Positions 21,398 through 31,257 of a stretch of 64,000 nucleotides of DNA are shown piece after piece. Numbering within the stretch: the first letter of the stretch is position 1; the number at the start of each line of letters is the position of its first letter. The notes under the pieces are model-generated. The model was not told where the DNA came from and made no database searches. It saw nothing but the letters and a program-made list of their open reading frames with translations. Both the position numbers and the translations under genes were made by a program. This stretch comes from an uncultured Verrucomicrobiae bacterium (GTDB lineage Bacteria; Verrucomicrobiota; Verrucomicrobiia; Limisphaerales; Palsa-1400), in NCBI GenBank assembly GCA_963707025.1, contig CAVPOM010000015.1, positions 1 through 64,000 of the forward strand. The letters run 5' to 3'.

Positions 21398-22159
21398 CTA
21401 ATGGGCTCCCAAAAGTTGGGCGACCCGCAGCACGTCTTCCGGCAGACGCCGCAAATAGTTGACGATATGCCCGGACATCAGTTCGAGGCTCAGCCCGAAA
21501 ACGCTCAATCCCACCAGAGGGCGCAGGGCAAAGCTCTCGCTGAAAACATTCATCTGCGGCACGGCCCGGCCCAGCACGGAAAAGACCAGCGAGATAATAA
21601 AGGACACGGCCATGAGCGGGGCGGCCAGTTGCAGGGCAATGACAAAGATGCCGCTGGTCCGACCCACGATGTCCGCCAGAAAAGCCTGGGAAAGATGCGC
21701 GCCGCCCACCGGCAGAAAGCTGTAAGTCCGCTGGAAACCGGCCAGCATCCAGTGGTGCAAGTCCAGGGTCAGCCACAACATGACGGCCAGATAATACAAG
21801 ATCGTCGCCGGCGGGGTCATGGACACGTCGCTCAAGGCATTGAGGCCGGCCGGCATGGCCAGGCCGATTTCGATGCCGACGATGGCGCCGGCAATTTCCA
21901 AGGCGAAAAAAATCATGCAACAGGCAAAACCGAGCATGAGTCCGACGCCGACTTCCATGGCCATCTGCCCGGCCAATCCCCAAAAATCCTGGGCCAGGGC
22001 GGGGGTGGGCAGGGTGGCGCTGACCAACAAGGCCAAAAGAGCGCCGAGGGCCAGACGCAACTGGACGGGGAAATTGCGGGCGGAGAAAACCGGGAAGATG
22101 GCGAGCATGGCGCTGACCCGCAGGAAAACCAGGAGCCAGGTGGTGAATGACGGGATCAT
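21398..22159 (-). CDS. fliR: Flagellar export protein FliR
   Basis: Hydrophobic protein; LGRAVPQMNVF; lies between fliQ and flhB. Confidence 0.93.
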   Translation of the reverse strand: MIPSFTTWLLVFLRVSAMLAIFPVFSARNFPVQLRLALGALLALLVSATLPTPALAQDFWGLAGQMAMEVGVGLMLGFACCMIFFALEIAGAIVGIEIGLAMPAGLNALSDVSMTPPATILYYLAVMLWLTLDLHHWMLAGFQRTYSFLPVGGAHLSQAFLADIVGRTSGIFVIALQLAAPLMAVSFIISLVFSVLGRAVPQMNVFSESFALRPLVGLSVFGLSLELMSGHIVNYLRRLPEDVLRVAQLLGAH

Positions 22160-22165
22160 GCGGAG

Positions 22166-22435
22166 CTACCGCACCATTTGCGGCATTTTTTCGATCATGG
22201 CGGTGGCGAATTCAATCATGCTCCGCAGCAACCAGGGCATCAGGACGATCAACAGGGCGATGATGCCCAGGGCCTTGGGGACAAAGGCCAGGGTCTGCTC
22301 CTGAATGGAGGTGACCGATTGAAACAGGCTCACGGCCAGGCCGATGATCATGGCGGTCAGGAGAATGGGGGTGGCCACGGCCACGGCTTCGAGCATGAGG
22401 GCCTTGAGCAGTTCGGTGGCGAATTGGGGATTCAT
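22166..22435 (-). CDS. fliQ: Flagellar export protein FliQ
   Basis: FQSVTSIQEQTLAFVPK. Confidence 0.96.
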   Translation of the reverse strand: MNPQFATELLKALMLEAVAVATPILLTAMIIGLAVSLFQSVTSIQEQTLAFVPKALGIIALLIVLMPWLLRSMIEFATAMIEKMPQMVR

Positions 22436-22437
22436 AA

Positions 22438-23229
22438 TCAGGTGGCGAAGCTCTGCACGATGGAGCTGACAATGAGATGCCAGCCATCCACCAGGACAAA
22501 CAAAAGGATTTTCAAGGGCAGCGAAATGGTCATGGGCGGCATCATCATCATGCCCATGCTCATCAGGACGGTGGCCACGACCAGGTCAATCAGAATAAAG
22601 GGAAGAAAAAGGAGGAAGCCCATTTGGAAGGCGGTGCGCAGTTCGCTGATGATAAACCCCGGCACGACGACTTTGAGGGGCAACTGGTCGGCCGGCATGG
22701 GCCCCAGCTTGGCCAGCCCGGCGAACAATTCCACGTCCTTGGGCCGGGTTTGATGGAGCATGAAGGTGCGGATCGGCCCGGCGGCGCGCTCCAGCGCCTC
22801 CGCGCTGGTGATTTGTTTGGCCCGATACGGCTCCAGGGCCTCCTGGTCAATTCTCTGCCAAACCGGCGCCATGATGAAGAAGGTGAGAAAAAGCGACAAC
22901 CCGATGATGATCTGGTTGGAGGGGGCGCCTTGCAGGGACAGGGCCGAGCGCACGAAGGAAAGCACGATGACAATGCGCGTGAAACAGGTCATCAACAAAA
23001 TGATGGACGGGGCCAGGGTAAGCAGGGTCATGACGGCCAGCACCTTGATGGCGCTGTCCACATCCACCGGCTGGCTCAAGCCGGAGCCGCCGATGTTCAA
23101 ATTGATGGTGCCGGTGCCGCCGTCGGCCCGGGCCTGGGTGGCGCCGCACAGCAGCAGCATGAGCAAGGGCAGCCACCAGCGCCAAGACCTGGCCCTGGCG
23201 GGCGGCGCATGGCAAGGGGCATGGTTCAT
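22438..23229 (-). CDS. fliP: Flagellar export protein FliP
   Basis: MTCFTRIVIV, ISELRTAFQMGF, MGMMMMPP, LFVLVDGW. Confidence 0.96.
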   Translation of the reverse strand: MNHAPCHAPPARARSWRWWLPLLMLLLCGATQARADGGTGTINLNIGGSGLSQPVDVDSAIKVLAVMTLLTLAPSIILLMTCFTRIVIVLSFVRSALSLQGAPSNQIIIGLSLFLTFFIMAPVWQRIDQEALEPYRAKQITSAEALERAAGPIRTFMLHQTRPKDVELFAGLAKLGPMPADQLPLKVVVPGFIISELRTAFQMGFLLFLPFILIDLVVATVLMSMGMMMMPPMTISLPLKILLFVLVDGWHLIVSSIVQSFAT

Positions 23230-23593
23230 GATTGCTTGCGCGCCAGCACCTGTTGAAAGGCCTGCGCAAAACTGAGCCGGGTGGCGGGGGCCGGTTTTTC
23301 CTCGCCGGCCTCCGGCAAATGGCTCAAGAGAGTGACGCCGGCGGGGGAGGAGGCCAGGAGCATGCGCTGCTGCTCATAACCGACCACGTAAATGGCCTGG
23401 CGCTGGCCGAGGGATTTGGCTTCCAGCACGCTTAATTTCGGCGGCGCGCCGCGGCGCAGGGCCAGCCGCTGCCAGTTTTTGAACAGCCAGACGCCGGTCA
23501 GGAACAGGGCGATGACCAGGATCAGGCGCCGGCCATGCGCAGGACCGGGCCGAGCATGTCCGGGGCGGAGGAAATGGGAACGGGATTGTTCAC
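23226..23593 (-). CDS. fliO: FliO/FliZ, with a 1-nt deletion near 23525 (probably a sequencing error)
   Basis: GTG overlaps the fliN stop. Restoring one C (GCCTG to GCCCTG) joins ...RMAGA to LILVIALFLTGVWL...LSVLEAKSLGQRQAIYVV. Confidence 0.8.
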
Positions 23594-23853
23594 GAGCCGG
23601 GGCCGACCAATTCGGTGATTTTGATGCCGTAACAGTCGTCGGTCACCACCACCTCGCCGCGGGCGATGCGTTTGTGGTTGGCGTAGAGGTCCACCGGCGC
23701 CTGGGCAGGCTGGTCCAGCTTGACGATGGCGCCCGGGTTGAGCTGGAGGACGTTGCGCATGCGCATCTGGCAGGAGCCCAGTTCGATGCTCAGTTGCACC
23801 CGCACGTCGAGCAGCAGTTCCAGATTGGGCGGGGAGCTTGATTTTTCGTCCAT
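23590..23853 (-). CDS. fliN: Flagellar C-ring protein FliN (SpoA domain only)
   Basis: LLLDVRVQLSIELG, IARGEVVV, YGIKITE. Confidence 0.93.
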   Translation of the reverse strand: MDEKSSSPPNLELLLDVRVQLSIELGSCQMRMRNVLQLNPGAIVKLDQPAQAPVDLYANHKRIARGEVVVTDDCYGIKITELVGPGS

Positions 23854-23864
23854 AAGAATTTAAT

Positions 23865-24845
23865 TCAATGTTTGACAACTTCGGTCAGCTCGACCGCCCA
23901 GTGTCCGGCAACCAGGCCGGGGCGGCCGTGAAATTTGGGCTGTCCGCCCAGGCGCACTTCGATCTGCCGGGCGGCGGCGGGATCCAGGGGCAGCACGTCG
24001 CCCACCTTGAGATGGAGCACTTCCCTGGCGGCGACTTCCAAACCGTTCCAGGCTCCGGTCACAGCGATGGGAACCTCGTTGAAACAGGGATTCCAGGCGC
24101 AGGCCGGGGAGGGCGCCGGCTCCGGCGCAGGGGCGGCTTCGGTTCCGGCGGCGAGCTGGCGGAGCCACGGTTCCAAGGCGGCCAAAGGGAATCCGATCTG
24201 GATTTGTTCGCGGCAATCGCCCAGGACGGCCGCCAGGGCCACGACCAGCATGGGGGCCTGGGGAGGGGCGGTCTGAAGAAAACGGGCGCTGCTTTCGTGG
24301 CCCAGCAGGACGGGTTTCAATTCCTGGAGCGGCGCGGCCTGGCGGCACCATTGCGCGGCCACCATCTGGGCGACTTGCTCCAAAAGGGCGTTCTCAATCG
24401 CCCCCATTTCCTGGGGGGCCGGGCCGGGCTGGCCGCAACCGCCCATCAAGCGGTCCACCATGCACAGGCCCAGGGGTGTCGGAATCTGCACAATGGAAAC
24501 GCCCCGCCACGGCTCGGTTTTGAACAGGGTCAAGTGGGCCGGATCGGGCCAGCTTTCCGTCATGCTTTGATAGGGCAGCAATTGCAGGCCGGCCAGCGAG
24601 AGGGAAAATTCGGCGCGGAGGAACTGGGAGAGCCGGGCGGCCAGTGCGCCGGCGAATTCCTCGTGGTGCAGGCGGGCTTGGCGCATCTGGCGGGGTGACA
24701 GAAGCAGCGCGCGGGTGTCGCGGACCAGGGCGGCGTTTTTGAAGGGGTTTCTGGCGGCCTGGGGCGGGATCTGGGCCGGGGCCTGGGACGGATCGGCCGC
24801 CTCAGCCGGAGCGGCCGGAATGGAAATAGGGGACGGATGGGGCAT
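23865..24845 (-). CDS. fliM: Flagellar C-ring protein FliM, lacking the canonical N-terminal CheY-binding peptide
   Basis: VDRLMGG middle domain, C-terminal SpoA (LKVGDVLPL, GRPG); position between fliL and fliN. Confidence 0.87.
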   Translation of the reverse strand: MPHPSPISIPAAPAEAADPSQAPAQIPPQAARNPFKNAALVRDTRALLLSPRQMRQARLHHEEFAGALAARLSQFLRAEFSLSLAGLQLLPYQSMTESWPDPAHLTLFKTEPWRGVSIVQIPTPLGLCMVDRLMGGCGQPGPAPQEMGAIENALLEQVAQMVAAQWCRQAAPLQELKPVLLGHESSARFLQTAPPQAPMLVVALAAVLGDCREQIQIGFPLAALEPWLRQLAAGTEAAPAPEPAPSPACAWNPCFNEVPIAVTGAWNGLEVAAREVLHLKVGDVLPLDPAAARQIEVRLGGQPKFHGRPGLVAGHWAVELTEVVKH

Positions 24846-24862
24846 AGGGGACGAATCCTCTT

Positions 24863-25456
24863 TTACTGAATGGCTTGCTCGGTGATGTAAATTTCCTGGA
24901 TGACCGGCCCACCCAGGGCGTTGTTAAAAATTGTCAACAATTCGGAGCGGATGACATTGCGCGAACCGGGCTTCTCCAGGTCGGCGATGGTTTTGGTCAT
25001 CAAGGCCCCGTTGGCCAAATCCTGGAGCTGGGCCTGGTTCTTGGCAATGCGGTCTTTGAAATCAGGGACGCTGCCCACCAGCGTCACGCTCATGGTCAGG
25101 TAGCGCGTCATCATGGAGCCGGCCAGGTTGACCAGGATTTTGGGGAGCGGGACCAGCATTTTTTCCTTGCCCGCCGCGGCGGCGGGGCTGCCGTCCTTTT
25201 CCTTGGAGGCGGCGGCGGCCGATTCGTCGCTGCCGGGAGCGGCGCTTTGCACCATGGCCTGCTTGATTTTAGGGAGAAGAATGAACTGGGTGGCGGCGTA
25301 GGCCAAAGCCGGCATGGTCAGCACCGTCGCCAGCAAGGGGAGCCAGGTTTTGAAGCCCGCGGCGGAGGCCGTTTTTTGGGCGGCGGCGGCGGCTTCGTCG
25401 GGTTGGATTTCTGGTTCCACCTCGCGGGCGACTGGGGTTGTGGTGCGATCGGCCAT
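24863..25456 (-). CDS. fliL: Flagellar protein FliL
   Basis: Single TM; ILVNLAG...RYL; IQEIYITEQAIQ C-terminus. Confidence 0.88.
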   Translation of the reverse strand: MADRTTTPVAREVEPEIQPDEAAAAAQKTASAAGFKTWLPLLATVLTMPALAYAATQFILLPKIKQAMVQSAAPGSDESAAAASKEKDGSPAAAAGKEKMLVPLPKILVNLAGSMMTRYLTMSVTLVGSVPDFKDRIAKNQAQLQDLANGALMTKTIADLEKPGSRNVIRSELLTIFNNALGGPVIQEIYITEQAIQ

Positions 25457-25476
25457 AGCAGCATTCCTCGAAAAGA

Positions 25477-26304
25477 TTACCGTTTCATGTTGACCAGCGT
25501 CTGGAGCAGCTCGTCGCTGGTGGTGACAATTTTTGAGTTGGCCTCAAAACCGCGCTGGGCGGTGATGAGATTGGCCATTTCGGTGGAGAGATCCACGTTG
25601 GAGATTTCCACGTAGCCGGACTGGATCTGGCCCAGCCCGTTGGAGCCGGGGACGCTGGGTGTGGCGGTGATGGGGCCGGCGTTGGCCTGGTTGGAGTAAA
25701 GATTGCCGGTCTGGCTGACCAGGGCCTGCGGGTCTTGAAAGTTTTGCAGCAGGACCTGGCCCCGGGTGAAGGTGGTGCCGTCGGAAAGAGTGACGTTAAT
25801 CATGCCCTGGGCATTGATGGCGAAGGAGGAGACGGTGGCTCCCGGGGCGGCCGTGGCGGGCGCGCCGGTGGCGTCAATTTTGATGGAGCCGATGGCGGAC
25901 AAGGCGGCGTTGTTGTAGCCTTGCACCTGCATGCCCCCGGCGGTGACGAGCAGGCCGCTGGAATTGACCGAGAAACTCCCGTCCTGGGTGACGAACTGGG
26001 AGCCGCTGACCGGGTCCTGCACCACGAAGAAACCGTTGCCGGAGATGGCCAGGTCGGTGTTGATGCCGGTGGCGTTGACGGCGCCCTGGGTCCAATTATT
26101 GGTGACAGCCTGGTCGTAAACGCCGGTGCCAATCTGGACCGAGCCGGTGGCCGATTGCAGGGTGTCACTGAAGCAGTCGGCGAAATTGACGATGCCGGCT
26201 TTGAAACCGTTGGTGTTGATGTTGGCGATGTTGTTGCCGATGACGTCCATGTCCTGTTGGAAACTGTCCAGTCCGCTGACAGCCGAGGAGAGAGAGGTTA
26301 ACAT
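25477..26304 (-). CDS. flgE: Short flagellar hook protein FlgE (275 aa)
   Basis: MDVIGNNIANINTNGFK, DLAISGNGFF, EISNVDLSTEMANLITAQRGFEANSK; follows flgD. Confidence 0.88.
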   Translation of the reverse strand: MLTSLSSAVSGLDSFQQDMDVIGNNIANINTNGFKAGIVNFADCFSDTLQSATGSVQIGTGVYDQAVTNNWTQGAVNATGINTDLAISGNGFFVVQDPVSGSQFVTQDGSFSVNSSGLLVTAGGMQVQGYNNAALSAIGSIKIDATGAPATAAPGATVSSFAINAQGMINVTLSDGTTFTRGQVLLQNFQDPQALVSQTGNLYSNQANAGPITATPSVPGSNGLGQIQSGYVEISNVDLSTEMANLITAQRGFEANSKIVTTSDELLQTLVNMKR

Positions 26305-26317
26305 ATTTTTTCGTTTT

Positions 26318-26755
26318 TTAGTTTGAGGTTTGAGTTGCGCTGGCCGCAGCCGCCGGAGTCGAAACCGGCGGCGCGATGGCCGTCACCTGGCTCAAATTGT
26401 AAGACTGGCCATTGACCATGAGGACGGGCGTGCCGGCTTGAATTTGCACCCCCGTGACCTGGCCGATGACGGGGGTGCCGCCGCCGGCGGGAGAGACGGC
26501 CACCAGTTCGCCCATCATGGAGTTGGCCTGCAAGATGGACATGTTTTGGGCCATGGCCTGGGATTGCTGCAAGGCGCTGAATTGGGCCAGTTGCGCCGCG
26601 AACTCGGTGTCGCTCTGCGGATTCAACGGGTCCTGGGAGGACATCTGGGTGACCAGCAATTGCAAAAAGTTGGCCTGGGTCAGGGTTTGATTGGCCGCGG
26701 CGGCGGTTTGGGCCGCGTCGGCGCCGGAAGCGACTGAACTGATGGCTGTGCTCAT
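26318..26755 (-). CDS. flgD: Hook capping protein FlgD (short form)
   Basis: FLQLLVTQMSSQDPLNP...FAAQLAQFSAL. Confidence 0.93.
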   Translation of the reverse strand: MSTAISSVASGADAAQTAAAANQTLTQANFLQLLVTQMSSQDPLNPQSDTEFAAQLAQFSALQQSQAMAQNMSILQANSMMGELVAVSPAGGGTPVIGQVTGVQIQAGTPVLMVNGQSYNLSQVTAIAPPVSTPAAAASATQTSN

Positions 26756-26793
26756 AAATAAGTGGTGGATTGATGGAGTCAGGAGTTTATGGA

Positions 26794-28251
26794 TCAGGCC
26801 CACTTCTCCCAGCCCCGATAGTGGCGGGGTTTGCTTTTGGATTTGGTGAGGCTGACGGCCGCGTTGATGGCGTCGTCGCTGGGCTTTTCGGTTTTGGGCG
26901 CAGGCGGGCGCGGCGACGAGTGCCCGGAGGGCGGCCCGTGCTGGAATTGGCCGGAAGGCGGCGCTGGATTATCAAAGGACAGGCTGGAGGAAAGTGTCTT
27001 GTCCTGCAAGGGCAGCAACTGGACGTTCTGGCGCGCGAGCGATTCCTGCAACTGCGCCCAATGGGCGTCCAGGGCGGCGGCGTCGCCGCTTTCACAGCGG
27101 ACGGAGACCTCGATTTGGCCGTGGTGATTTGTCAACTGCAAAAACAAGCTGGTCTGCGCGTCCACCTTCAAGGAGACGGCCAGTTCCTGGGCGCCGGACT
27201 GGCGGACCATGACCACTTCGCGGCTAATCATGCGTTCGACCTGCTCGATGCGCCCGGCGGAGGGCGCGCTGGCGGGCTGGACATTCGTGGTCAGCGTCGG
27301 AGCCGCCGACACTTTGGCCGTCGTGTCCATGACCATCCATTGCGGGGCGGATTCCTTGGGATCGTCAAAGCTTGATGGGATGCGGATTTTTGCCTCGGGG
27401 ATGGCCGCATCCGCCCCGTCCGCGTCAGGCGCCGTTGGGTGGTCCGGCGGCAATTTCTGCGCCGCAGACCCGGCAATTTCGTTCTTTTGTAAGGCAGATT
27501 TCATGCGCTGATCGTTAATAGCAACGGGCGTGCCACTTGGCGGAACGGGCGGCGCCAGAAGGGGCGCGATGTCCCTGGCCAAGGCCAGTTCCGCCCCGGG
27601 CGGAGCGGTTTCCGGGGTGGTCGGCGAAATCGGTGGTGAGAGGTTCAACCCGGCAATTTTGGCCGGGTCGGCAGACCGATCGTTCATGGCGGATGGAACT
27701 GAATCCGCGCCCGGCAATGCCTTCGTCATGGGCGGCCCGGGAGAGGCAGGGGGGGCACTGCGCGGTCCGCCGTCGGGCCTAGTCAGAGCAAGCAAAGTCG
27801 CGCCACCGTCGTGCGGCGGGCTGGGAAGTGTGCGCCCTGCCCCATCTGACTGAGGAATGGCCTCGCCGGAAGCCGGGACATCTTGGAGGCTGCCGCCTGC
27901 CTTCAGGGGCCTGGTTTCCTCCTTGGGCATCTGGGCGAGCATGGCCAGCAAAAGGCCGGCGATGGAGGCGTCTATGGCGGGGCGGGTTGGCTTGGACGGA
28001 GTGGGCAGACCAGGCCGATCGGAATGATCGGGCGCCTCGGACGCGGCGGACGGATCGGATGGACCCGGCAGGCCGGGAACGGACAGGCTGGCCCCGCCGA
28101 GGGCGCTTTGTCCGGCCTGGGCTTGGCCCATGAATTCCTGGAAATCGCCGCGGCGGGAGGCGTCTGCGGGGGAACGAAGGATGGATTGGGCGGGCGCCGG
28201 GCCGTCGGCATGATTGACATCACACGGCAGGAATGAAGGCGCGGTCATCAT
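26794..28251 (-). CDS. fliK: Probable hook-length control protein FliK
   Basis: Long Pro/Ala-rich disordered region plus a divergent C-terminal domain (...QLQESLARQNVQL); position directly before flgD. Confidence 0.7.
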   Translation of the reverse strand: MMTAPSFLPCDVNHADGPAPAQSILRSPADASRRGDFQEFMGQAQAGQSALGGASLSVPGLPGPSDPSAASEAPDHSDRPGLPTPSKPTRPAIDASIAGLLLAMLAQMPKEETRPLKAGGSLQDVPASGEAIPQSDGAGRTLPSPPHDGGATLLALTRPDGGPRSAPPASPGPPMTKALPGADSVPSAMNDRSADPAKIAGLNLSPPISPTTPETAPPGAELALARDIAPLLAPPVPPSGTPVAINDQRMKSALQKNEIAGSAAQKLPPDHPTAPDADGADAAIPEAKIRIPSSFDDPKESAPQWMVMDTTAKVSAAPTLTTNVQPASAPSAGRIEQVERMISREVVMVRQSGAQELAVSLKVDAQTSLFLQLTNHHGQIEVSVRCESGDAAALDAHWAQLQESLARQNVQLLPLQDKTLSSSLSFDNPAPPSGQFQHGPPSGHSSPRPPAPKTEKPSDDAINAAVSLTKSKSKPRHYRGWEKWA

Positions 28252-28835
28252 TTGGGCGGCGCTTTGCGGGTGATGGCCAGGCGGAGGTGCTCGGAAATGG
28301 CGGCCGCCCGTTTTTCTTCGGCCGGGCCTTTCTTGGCCAGGATTTCCAGAATGGCCGCCGTTTCGCTTTCCTTCATAAAGAACATAGTCTTGACCATGGT
28401 CATGTCATCCAACTGTCCCAGGACGGTGGCGGCGCTTTCGGGAGTCATGGCGCCATAGACCTTGGCCAGCTTTTTCAAGTTGGGCACTTCCTCCTCCTGG
28501 ACGCGCACGACGTATTTGTCGAATTCGTCCTGCAATTGGTGGACGGTCAGGGTGGCGGCGGCCAATTCCACCCGCTCGGCGTTGAGGCGGGAGTCCAATT
28601 CATCCAACTGCTGCTTGCGCAGGGCCACGGCTCCCTTTTCCGCCTTGAGTTCGGTGACAAGCTGGTCGGCTTCCGGGTTGGTGAATTCCCAGGAAGGGCC
28701 GTTGAGGGCGGGCTTGCCGGGGCTGCGGTCCACGACCGGCGGGGCCGGGGTTTTCCAAAACAAAAGGGTGGAGGCCAGGTAAAGCAAGGCGCCCAGCGGC
28801 ACGCTCATCCAGGGTGATGTCAACAATTTGATCAT
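28248..28835 (-). CDS. MotE/FlbB/YlxF-like flagellar protein (TM, coiled coil, MgtE-N-like region)
   Basis: LAKVYGAMTPESAATVL; ATGA overlap with fliJ; same position as ylxF/flbB in fla operons. Confidence 0.75.
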   Translation of the reverse strand: MIKLLTSPWMSVPLGALLYLASTLLFWKTPAPPVVDRSPGKPALNGPSWEFTNPEADQLVTELKAEKGAVALRKQQLDELDSRLNAERVELAAATLTVHQLQDEFDKYVVRVQEEEVPNLKKLAKVYGAMTPESAATVLGQLDDMTMVKTMFFMKESETAAILEILAKKGPAEEKRAAAISEHLRLAITRKAPPK

Positions 28836-29302
28836 AGGGGGGCCTCTTCCGGCTTCCAGACCAGGATGGGACGTCCGCGGCGGGAGGCCAGGTCGTCCAG
28901 GAGTTTTTGCTCCTCGCGCCATTCGGCGCGCTGGTGGCGGGCCTGTTGTTTGGCGCGGAAACTTTCCACCATCTTCCGGCGGCGGCGGGCGGTGAGCATG
29001 GCCTGGAAGGTGTTCTGCACGCGGCGTTCCGCCAGGGCCAGGGCCACGACCTGTTGGGCCTGCTGATCTTCCAGGACGCGTTCATATTGGCTGGCCTGGG
29101 CCAGGGGCGCGGCGGCGCAGGCGGAGAGGAGCAGGCGGTTGATTTCCTGCTGGTTGCGGCGAATTTGTTCGCGCACGCTTTCCAGCCGGTCCAGCACCTG
29201 CTGGCGGGCCAGGAGGGCGTGGACGTAAATTTCCATGGCTTGTTGCGCCTGGCGGTGGCGCAAGGTTTGCACGGCCTGCAGGGTGAATTGAAATGGTTTC
29301 AT
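28832..29302 (-). CDS. fliJ: Flagellar export chaperone FliJ
   Basis: MKPFQFTLQAV start, coiled coil, EEQKLLDD; follows fliI. Confidence 0.87.
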   Translation of the reverse strand: MKPFQFTLQAVQTLRHRQAQQAMEIYVHALLARQQVLDRLESVREQIRRNQQEINRLLLSACAAAPLAQASQYERVLEDQQAQQVVALALAERRVQNTFQAMLTARRRRKMVESFRAKQQARHQRAEWREEQKLLDDLASRRGRPILVWKPEEAPL

Positions 29303-29308
29303 AACGGG

Positions 29309-30676
29309 TTAGGTCCCTTTCTTCGAGCCGGCCGGAGGCGGCGCGGCCATGATCCGGTTGAGCAGCGACCAGCTCTGCGCGGCGGCAAAGCCCTGGCCGG
29401 CGGGCTGCTGCAGGAAGCCTTTGAGCGGCTCGTGCAGTTGAATGCACAAATCAATGGAAGAGTTGGTGCCCGGCGGATAAGCGCCGATGTTGATCAAGTC
29501 CTGGTTCTTGCGGTAGATGGCCAGCGTCTCCCGCGCCCGGGCGGAAGTATTCTGCTGTTCGGCCGTGGTCAAATCCCGGGTCAGGCGGCTGACGCTTTCC
29601 AGGACATCAATGGCGGGATAGTGGTTTTGCGTGGCCAGTTCGCGGGTCAGAACCACATGGCCGTCGAGGATGGACCGCACCGAGTCGGCGATGGGATCGT
29701 TCATGTCGTCGGCTTCGACCAGGACGGTGAACAGGCCGGTGATGGAGCCGCGTTCGCCCGCGCCGGCCCGCTCCAATAACTGGGGCAGGAGGGAAAAGAC
29801 CGAGGGGGTGTAGCCGCGCGTGGTGGGCGGTTCGCCCACCGCCAGGCCGATTTCCCGCTGGGCCATGGCAAAGCGCGTCACCGAATCCATCATCAGCAAG
29901 ACATTCTGCCCCTGGTTGCGAAAATACTCGGCGATGGCCATGGCGACGAAGGCGCCCTTGAGGCGGGCCAGGGCCGGCTGGTTGGAGGTGGCCACCACCA
30001 CGACCGATTTGCGGCGGCCCGCTTCATCCAGGTCTTTTTCCAGAAACTCGCGCACTTCGCGGCCGCGTTCGCCGATGAGGGCGATGACGTTGACGTCGGC
30101 CTCGGCCTGGCTGGCGATCATCCCCAGCAAGGTGGATTTGCCCACGCCGCTGCCGGCAAAAATGCCCAGGCGCTGGCCGCGTCCGCAGGGCACAAAGGTA
30201 TCCAGCGCTTTGATGCCGGTCTGAAAGGACTGGCGGATGCGCTGCCGCTTCAAGGGATGCGGCGGTTGCAGGTGCAAGGAGACATGATCGGCGGCCTGGA
30301 TGGGGCCTTTTTCGTCCAGCGGGCTGCCCAGCCCGTCCATCACCCGGCCCTTCAACTGCTCGCCGACAGGCACGCGCAGCGAGGTGCCCAGGGCGATAAC
30401 TTCGCTGCCGGGATGAATGCCGTGAATTTCGCCCAGCGGCATGAGCAAGACGTGATGATTGCGAAATCCCACCACTTCGGCCAGCGTCGAGCCGTCGTGG
30501 CGGGCGGATTCGATCCGGCAAATCTCGCCGACGGCGACCAGGGGGCCTTCCGACTCAATGACCAGGCCGATCAATTGCACGACGCGTCCGTGGTTGCGCA
30601 GCACCTGCGTTTCTTCGACCCGGCGGAGCATGTGTTCGAGCCGGTTGACCGGCTTTATGTCCGCGTCGGTCTTCAT
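29309..30676 (-). CDS. fliI: Flagellar export ATPase FliI
   Basis: GSGVGKST Walker A, IGERGREV, DSVTRFAMAQREIG, YPAIDVLESVSR. Confidence 0.97.
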   Translation of the reverse strand: MKTDADIKPVNRLEHMLRRVEETQVLRNHGRVVQLIGLVIESEGPLVAVGEICRIESARHDGSTLAEVVGFRNHHVLLMPLGEIHGIHPGSEVIALGTSLRVPVGEQLKGRVMDGLGSPLDEKGPIQAADHVSLHLQPPHPLKRQRIRQSFQTGIKALDTFVPCGRGQRLGIFAGSGVGKSTLLGMIASQAEADVNVIALIGERGREVREFLEKDLDEAGRRKSVVVVATSNQPALARLKGAFVAMAIAEYFRNQGQNVLLMMDSVTRFAMAQREIGLAVGEPPTTRGYTPSVFSLLPQLLERAGAGERGSITGLFTVLVEADDMNDPIADSVRSILDGHVVLTRELATQNHYPAIDVLESVSRLTRDLTTAEQQNTSARARETLAIYRKNQDLINIGAYPPGTNSSIDLCIQLHEPLKGFLQQPAGQGFAAAQSWSLLNRIMAAPPPAGSKKGT

Positions 30677-31257
30677 GCCAGGAGGTTTCTTTTCAAGAGG
30701 TCAAATTTGGTTTCGCGCCGCCCATCCACCGTTCCGAAATTGGTCTCCACCAGGCAGCCGCCGCGGGAGACCTCGAGGGAAGGGAGGAAGCGAAATTCCT
30801 GGCCCTCGACGGGAGTCAACAAGGGTGAGCCGGCCTTTTGCAGCAACTCCAAATCGGCCCGGTGCAGCCGCACGGTGAAGCGGGCGGCCCCTTCCACCTG
30901 GGCCAGCGCGTCCCGCACGGCGGCTTCCACCATGGCGGGGGATATCGGCAGGTCGGCCACCAGTTTTTGCGAGACGGCCAGGGCCAGGGAAACCATGGTG
31001 CTTTCGGTGTCGCGGATGACCTGGGGGACGGCTTGGCGCAACGACTCGAGAAGTCCATGCACCAGTTCGTGCAGTTCGGCGCGCTGTTGGATGAGTTTTT
31101 CCGTCAGCGCCTTCTCGCCGTCGGCCAAACCGAGCTGGTAGCGGGCTTTTAATTCCGCCTGCCGGAGGTCTTCGGCCGAGGGCGCAGCGCCCGGGCCGGC
31201 CAGGCGGGCGTCGCGCAAAGGGCGGGGCAGGGCAATGTTTTCAGACCAGGAGTTCAT
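30673..31257 (-). CDS. fliH: Flagellar assembly protein FliH
   Basis: GxxxG helix, VRLHRADL, GGCLVETNFGTVD. Confidence 0.9.
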   Translation of the reverse strand: MNSWSENIALPRPLRDARLAGPGAAPSAEDLRQAELKARYQLGLADGEKALTEKLIQQRAELHELVHGLLESLRQAVPQVIRDTESTMVSLALAVSQKLVADLPISPAMVEAAVRDALAQVEGAARFTVRLHRADLELLQKAGSPLLTPVEGQEFRFLPSLEVSRGGCLVETNFGTVDGRRETKFDLLKRNLLA

